Shown piece by piece: positions 59,868 through 64,000 of a DNA stretch of 64,000 nucleotides (position 1 is its first letter; each line of letters begins with the position of its first letter). Origin of the DNA: Elusimicrobiota bacterium (GTDB lineage: Bacteria > Elusimicrobiota > Elusimicrobia > F11); the NCBI GenBank assembly GCA_044221725.1, contig JBGAON010000001.1, positions 806,954 through 870,953 of the forward strand. Reading direction: 5' to 3'. The notes beneath the pieces were generated by a model. That model was not told where the DNA came from. It saw only the letters and a list, made by a program, of their open reading frames with translations, and did not search any database. Both the position numbers and the translations under genes were made by a program.

Positions 59868-61568
59868 GTGCGCTTCTCTAAATATTTCATACCGACGTTA
59901 AAAGAAGTTCCTTCGGACGCCGATACCACGAGCGCAAAGCTCATGTTGCGCGCGGGCTTGATCCGCAAAGTGGGCGCCGGTCTCTACGATTGGTTGCCGT
60001 TCGGGTTCAAGGTTCTTAAAAAAGTGGAACAGATCGTGCGCGAGGAAATGGACCGCGCCGGTGGCATGGAAGTCTGGTTGCCGCACGTGCAGCCAAAAGA
60101 ATTGTGGGAAGAGAGCGGACGGTGGCAGTTTTACGGCAAGGAACTGTTGCGCATCAAAGACCGCAAAGACAACGAATTCTGTTTCGCCCCGACCGCTGAA
60201 GAAGTCGTCACCGATCTCGCGCGACGAAGTTTTAAATCCTATCGCGACTTGCCGGCGCTCTTTTATCAGTTCGGAACAAAATTTCGTGATGAGATTCGGC
60301 CGCGCTTCGGCGTGATGCGCGCGCGCGAGTTCTACATGAAAGACGCGTATTCGTTTCATTCGAACGACCAAGATTTGGACAAAACCTATCAGTCGATGGT
60401 GGAGGCGTACACGCGCATCTTTACTCGACTGGGCCTCAAATTCCGCCCCGTGGAAGCCGATACCGGAACCATCGGCGGAAGTTTTTCTCATGAATTTATG
60501 GTGCTCGCCGATACCGGCGAAGAACAGATTGCTACATGCGAATCCTGTGGATACGCCGCCAACATCGAACGCGCAGAAACCGTGATTCGCCAGGCAGCGG
60601 CCAAAGAAGCGGCGAAAGCGATTGAAGACGTGCACACACCAAACGCGCACCGCGTCGTTGATGTCGCGAAGCAAATGGGTGTTGGTGCGGACAAAATAAT
60701 TAAAACGGTTTTTCTCGTTGCAGACGGGAAGCCTGTGGTGGCGCTCGTGCGCGGTGATACGGATTTGAACGAACACAAATTGCAGCGCGCCATTGGTGCG
60801 CAGCAAATGCGACCGGCGCACGACGAAGAATACAAGGAAATCGCTGGTTGCGATGTCGGCTTTGCGGGTCCAATGAAGCTCAAAGCAAAAGTGGTCGCCG
60901 ATCTTTTGGTGCCGCACATTTCAAACGCGGTAACCGGCGCGCACAAAAAGGATTACCACCTCCGTAACGTAAACATCGATCGCGACTTTAAGCCGGATCT
61001 TATTGCCGACATCCGAAATATCCGTGCGGGCGATGATTGTCCTCGTTGCGACGGGAAGATTGTGTTTTACCGAGGAATCGAGGTGGGACATGTTTTCAAG
61101 CTCGGCATTAAATATTCGAAAGCCATGCAGGCGAACTTTTTGGATGAGTCCGGTGAATCGAAACCGATGATCATGGGCTGCTACGGAATTGGCGTGTCGC
61201 GTATTGTGGCCGCCGCTATCGAGCAAAACAACGACGAGTGGGGAATTCGGTGGCCGTTACCGATCGCTCCGTTCCAAGTGATTCTGACGCCGGCCAACAT
61301 GACGCACGAGCCCTCCGCTCAAACGGCCGAGAAAATTTACGACGGATTGTTGAAAAAGGGCGTGCAAGTGTTGCTCGACGATCGAGACATGCGCGCCGGA
61401 TTTAAGTTTAAGGATGCCGATCTCATTGGTGTTCCGCTGCGCGTTACCATTGGCGAGAAATCGCTCGCGAAAGGTGTCGTCGAAATCAAGTGGCGAAATC
61501 AAGCCAATGCCGAAGAAATTCCGCTCGATCAAGCCGTTGAAAAGGTGGTTTCCCTGCTTCAAGCTTAG
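59868..61568 (+). CDS. proS: Proline-tRNA ligase (bacterial type with INS editing domain)
   Basis: PTAEE, FRDEIRPRFG.MRAREF, GHVFKLG, GCYGIGVSR. Confidence 0.97.
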   Translation: MRFSKYFIPTLKEVPSDADTTSAKLMLRAGLIRKVGAGLYDWLPFGFKVLKKVEQIVREEMDRAGGMEVWLPHVQPKELWEESGRWQFYGKELLRIKDRKDNEFCFAPTAEEVVTDLARRSFKSYRDLPALFYQFGTKFRDEIRPRFGVMRAREFYMKDAYSFHSNDQDLDKTYQSMVEAYTRIFTRLGLKFRPVEADTGTIGGSFSHEFMVLADTGEEQIATCESCGYAANIERAETVIRQAAAKEAAKAIEDVHTPNAHRVVDVAKQMGVGADKIIKTVFLVADGKPVVALVRGDTDLNEHKLQRAIGAQQMRPAHDEEYKEIAGCDVGFAGPMKLKAKVVADLLVPHISNAVTGAHKKDYHLRNVNIDRDFKPDLIADIRNIRAGDDCPRCDGKIVFYRGIEVGHVFKLGIKYSKAMQANFLDESGESKPMIMGCYGIGVSRIVAAAIEQNNDEWGIRWPLPIAPFQVILTPANMTHEPSAQTAEKIYDGLLKKGVQVLLDDRDMRAGFKFKDADLIGVPLRVTIGEKSLAKGVVEIKWRNQANAEEIPLDQAVEKVVSLLQA

Positions 61569-61573
61569 GAGGC

Positions 61574-62410
61574 ATGCGGCTTCCTAAACTTTCAGTTTTT
61601 CTTCTCGGCGTTTCCTTGGTTTTGCCGGTGTTTTCCGATGACCAATCCGGTCGTGTGGATTGGACCATGGACGAAACGTATGCTGGCTCCCACGCCAAGA
61701 GTTTCACGAAGCTCCGCTACGACGTACCCATCCTCATGCGCCAAACGCTGATCGATCTTTCCGTTCGCTGTGGCCTCGACTTCAACGAAGGTTGGCAAAC
61801 ACCGCTCACGATCCGCTTTGATGACACGGCACCAAACGGAGTCGAAAACATTCTCGCCTACGTGCAGATGTACCGCGATTCGAAAGGACGCATCGGTCAA
61901 TTCCTGGTCGTTAACCTCAGTGCTTACGACAAAGAAAATTTCAATTTCAAAAAGGTGTTTGCGCACGAGCTCGTGCACGCGATGCTAAACGATTCGTTGG
62001 GTCTCGATTCGACGAAATTGCCCGTGTGGTTTCACGAGGGGTTGGCCGTCTACGGTGCCGATCAGGGCGAGCAGATGATGGACGTCTACGTGTCCGAATA
62101 TCCCGAAGCGAGCGAGTCCTATTTCATTAATGGACTCGAAGGCCCGCACAACGCGCTCGATTATTTGGAAGACTACTTAGCGTTTAAGTACATCCACGAC
62201 GAGCACGGCGTGAACTCGCTTCGGAATTTGATCCAGGAGGTGACGCTGAAGAAGACAGATATTCCCTCGGCCGTCGATTACACCTGCGGAGAAAACTTCG
62301 AACGATTTAAAGAGAACGCGCGAAAATTCGCGGAAGAAGAAGTGAAGCGAGTGAGCCGTTCAAACCGTACAAACACCTATCACAGCGAACGGCCCACCCG
62401 CCCTTATTAA
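61574..62410 (+). CDS. Secreted gluzincin-type Zn metallopeptidase (peptidase MA-like)
   Basis: Signal peptide, AHELVH, PVWFHEGLAVY. Confidence 0.7.
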   Translation: MRLPKLSVFLLGVSLVLPVFSDDQSGRVDWTMDETYAGSHAKSFTKLRYDVPILMRQTLIDLSVRCGLDFNEGWQTPLTIRFDDTAPNGVENILAYVQMYRDSKGRIGQFLVVNLSAYDKENFNFKKVFAHELVHAMLNDSLGLDSTKLPVWFHEGLAVYGADQGEQMMDVYVSEYPEASESYFINGLEGPHNALDYLEDYLAFKYIHDEHGVNSLRNLIQEVTLKKTDIPSAVDYTCGENFERFKENARKFAEEEVKRVSRSNRTNTYHSERPTRPY

Positions 62411-63084
62411 ACTTAGATGTACTTTTAGGTATTGATTCCTTATCTGCCCATCATCAAATTGCCCTGCATTCCATAGTCAAGATCAGCACAGTCATCATTA
62501 ACTGGCAACATAAATGAACCTGTGTATGTATAGTAGCTAACAATTTTGAGTCCATTTACAGCAAGAATCCCATCGCCCCCACATGGCAGGGTTCCCGCAA
62601 GGGTTGCGATACCTTGGTCATTGGTTTCGGCATGGGCGATTATGCTGCCACCGAATTTTAATGTTACGTCAACTCGGGACGCCGGGCCACCTGGTGTGTT
62701 TCCGCTCGGTATTCGTATCGGCGGTTTTCCCCATACAGCACTAACCTGCATTTTGATATTTCGTTGATGAGAGACGGGGGGTATTGATTGATTGGGTGTT
62801 GGTCCCGGATACGGTGTTCCAGCTTTGGATGTTCCGCTAAACCCGATTAAGATCGCTGCTAACCATATCACGCTGGAAGACTTCCTCGTATTTCCCTCCT
62901 ATGGATAATTTCCCATAGGTTAAGGCAGTTCCAGATTTAATCAAGATGATCCTGAATGAAACTGAGGTATTTTCCCTTAATGGACGTCCAATGAATGATT
63001 TTTCGGAAGAAGAAACAACGCGAGTGGACCGTTCAAACCCGCCAAACACCTATCACAGTGAACGGCCCACCCGCGCTTATAAAA
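62331..63084 (+). repeat. About 81-bp imperfect direct repeat (62331-62411 and 63004-63084) duplicating the 3' end of the peptidase gene
   Basis: Hand alignment gives about 12 mismatches in 81 nt with no gaps; shared core CAAACACCTATCACAG.GAACGGCCCACCCGC. Confidence 0.9.
62440..62889 (-). CDS. Small AT-rich secreted protein of unknown function; start is GTG 62871 or ACG 62889
   Basis: Signal-peptide-like N-terminus, Pro-rich linker, beta-rich domain with two Cys. SD AGGAGG lies 5 nt before an in-frame ACG. Confidence 0.6.
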   Translation of the reverse strand, partial: TRKSSSVIWLAAILIGFSGTSKAGTPYPGPTPNQSIPPVSHQRNIKMQVSAVWGKPPIRIPSGNTPGGPASRVDVTLKFGGSIIAHAETNDQGIATLAGTLPCGGDGILAVNGLKIVSYYTYTGSFMLPVNDDCADLDYGMQGNLMMGR

Positions 63085-63086
63085 TT

Positions 63087-63167
63087 CGTCATCCTGGAAT
63101 GTTTCTATCCGGGATCCAATGAGAGCTTAATAAAATGGGCCCTGGATTGAGACATTCCAGGGCGACG
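63087..63167. repeat. Palindromic REP-like element, copy B (CGTCATCCTGGAATGT...ACATTCCAGGGCGACG)
   Basis: Long imperfect hairpin of the same family as 55834-55927. Confidence 0.78.
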
Positions 63168-63168
63168 A

Positions 63169-63798
63169 CTAGATGGATTTACCAACCCCGGACGCCGACA
63201 TTTTGTAGGCGCCGTAGATCACCAGTTTTGCGATGACCAACACAAGGATAAACGTCACGAGGCTGAACGAACCGTAGTGCGGGGCGGCCAACATTCCGAA
63301 AAGCATCGGACCCGACAGATACGTGTTTATCTTCGAGGCGAGTCCGGCTTTTTTGCGGGCCGCCGCCAGCGCATCACCGGCAAATTTTCCGCCGAAGATT
63401 CCTTTCTGCGTCGGCCAGATGATGAACCAAACGTTGAACCACATGATGAAACCGAACAGCATGCCGAGCATGATCCAAATGGCACGACCGGTCACTCCTT
63501 CGGCGGTCGAGAAAAGAGCGGTCGGACCAAAACCGACGTCCGGCGTGTACATGTAGTTCATCACGAAAAGGAACAGGCCGGCGATAAAGGTGACCATCGC
63601 ACCCCAACGGAACCACCACAACGCGCGGAGAATCAACGGAGGGTTCGCAGCCTTTTTTGTCGCATCATCAATGGACGCTTGAAATTGGATGTTCACAAAA
63701 TTGAAAAAATACAAATGTCCAATCCAGGTAATTCCCGCGATGACGTGAAGCCATCGGATTAACAAATGAAGATTGCTGTACATATCGTTGATCGCCAT
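63169..63798 (-). CDS. PuuD/urate-oxidase N-terminal-like membrane protein without a cytochrome c domain
   Basis: RWLHVIAGITWIG, WFRWGA, MWFNVWFIIWP.Q, S..NTYLS.PM. Confidence 0.75.
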   Translation of the reverse strand: MAINDMYSNLHLLIRWLHVIAGITWIGHLYFFNFVNIQFQASIDDATKKAANPPLILRALWWFRWGAMVTFIAGLFLFVMNYMYTPDVGFGPTALFSTAEGVTGRAIWIMLGMLFGFIMWFNVWFIIWPTQKGIFGGKFAGDALAAARKKAGLASKINTYLSGPMLFGMLAAPHYGSFSLVTFILVLVIAKLVIYGAYKMSASGVGKSI

Positions 63799-64000
63799 GA
63801 TTTCTCCTGCCCTAAGGGCTAATTATTTAATTCAAAATCAAAATATAAAAAAAGTAACGGCCGTCAATCCTTTTTTCAGTTGGAATTGCCCATGGCTCTC
63901 AAGCCGCCATCAATAATTCCGCTTGTTGATTTTGCTGATTCATCCGTTGCATCGCCAGTCGTAACATCGGCAGCGAACGATACCCTTTAACCTTTCGCAG

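Noticed and set aside
59898..60917. 339-aa minus-strand ORF
   Set aside because: Antisense to proS.
62837..63049. 70-aa minus-strand ORF spanning the second direct repeat
   Set aside because: No SD or motif; it overlaps the repeat and the upstream region of the cassette gene.

Overview
Gene-dense bacterial chromosome segment of moderate GC. The gene content (bacterial histone, PorV/PorQ-type barrel with a CTD cargo, LPS-type diderm envelope genes) suggests Elusimicrobiota or a similar lineage, but this is inference only. Left to right: the 3' part of a PP2C-FHA membrane protein; tRNA(CAT) and tRNA-Val(CAC); a Zn-ribbon protein; a dcw cluster that stops at murG (mraZ-rsmH-ftsL-ftsI-murEF-mraY-murD-ftsW-murG); amidase, LOG, uvrB, PilT/PilU-like ATPase and GAF-HD-GYP genes; nadC-birA-cysM-JAMM-sulfite reductase; a ~13.7 kb apparent operon that opens with a 59-aa bacterial histone missing from the ORF track and continues menG/ubiE, an NuoEFG-less complex I with a PilZ gene between nuoK and nuoL, a polyprenyl synthase, and a tatC with no canonical start codon; a ~13 kb accessory block; the rpsB-tsf-pyrH-frr-uppS-cdsA-dxr-rseP-proS block; and a small AT-rich cassette flanked by an ~81-bp duplication. 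The accessory block holds a PorV-like barrel, a DUF4082/CTD surface protein, and a candidate synthase-dependent exopolysaccharide system: PilZ fused to a hyaluronan-synthase-like GT2, a degenerate deacetylase, a TPR-deacetylase-beta-barrel fusion, GH18 and a WbpA-like dehydrogenase. Three palindromic REP/MITE-like elements lie in intergenic spaces. All product calls come from motif recognition by eye; no database searches were run.
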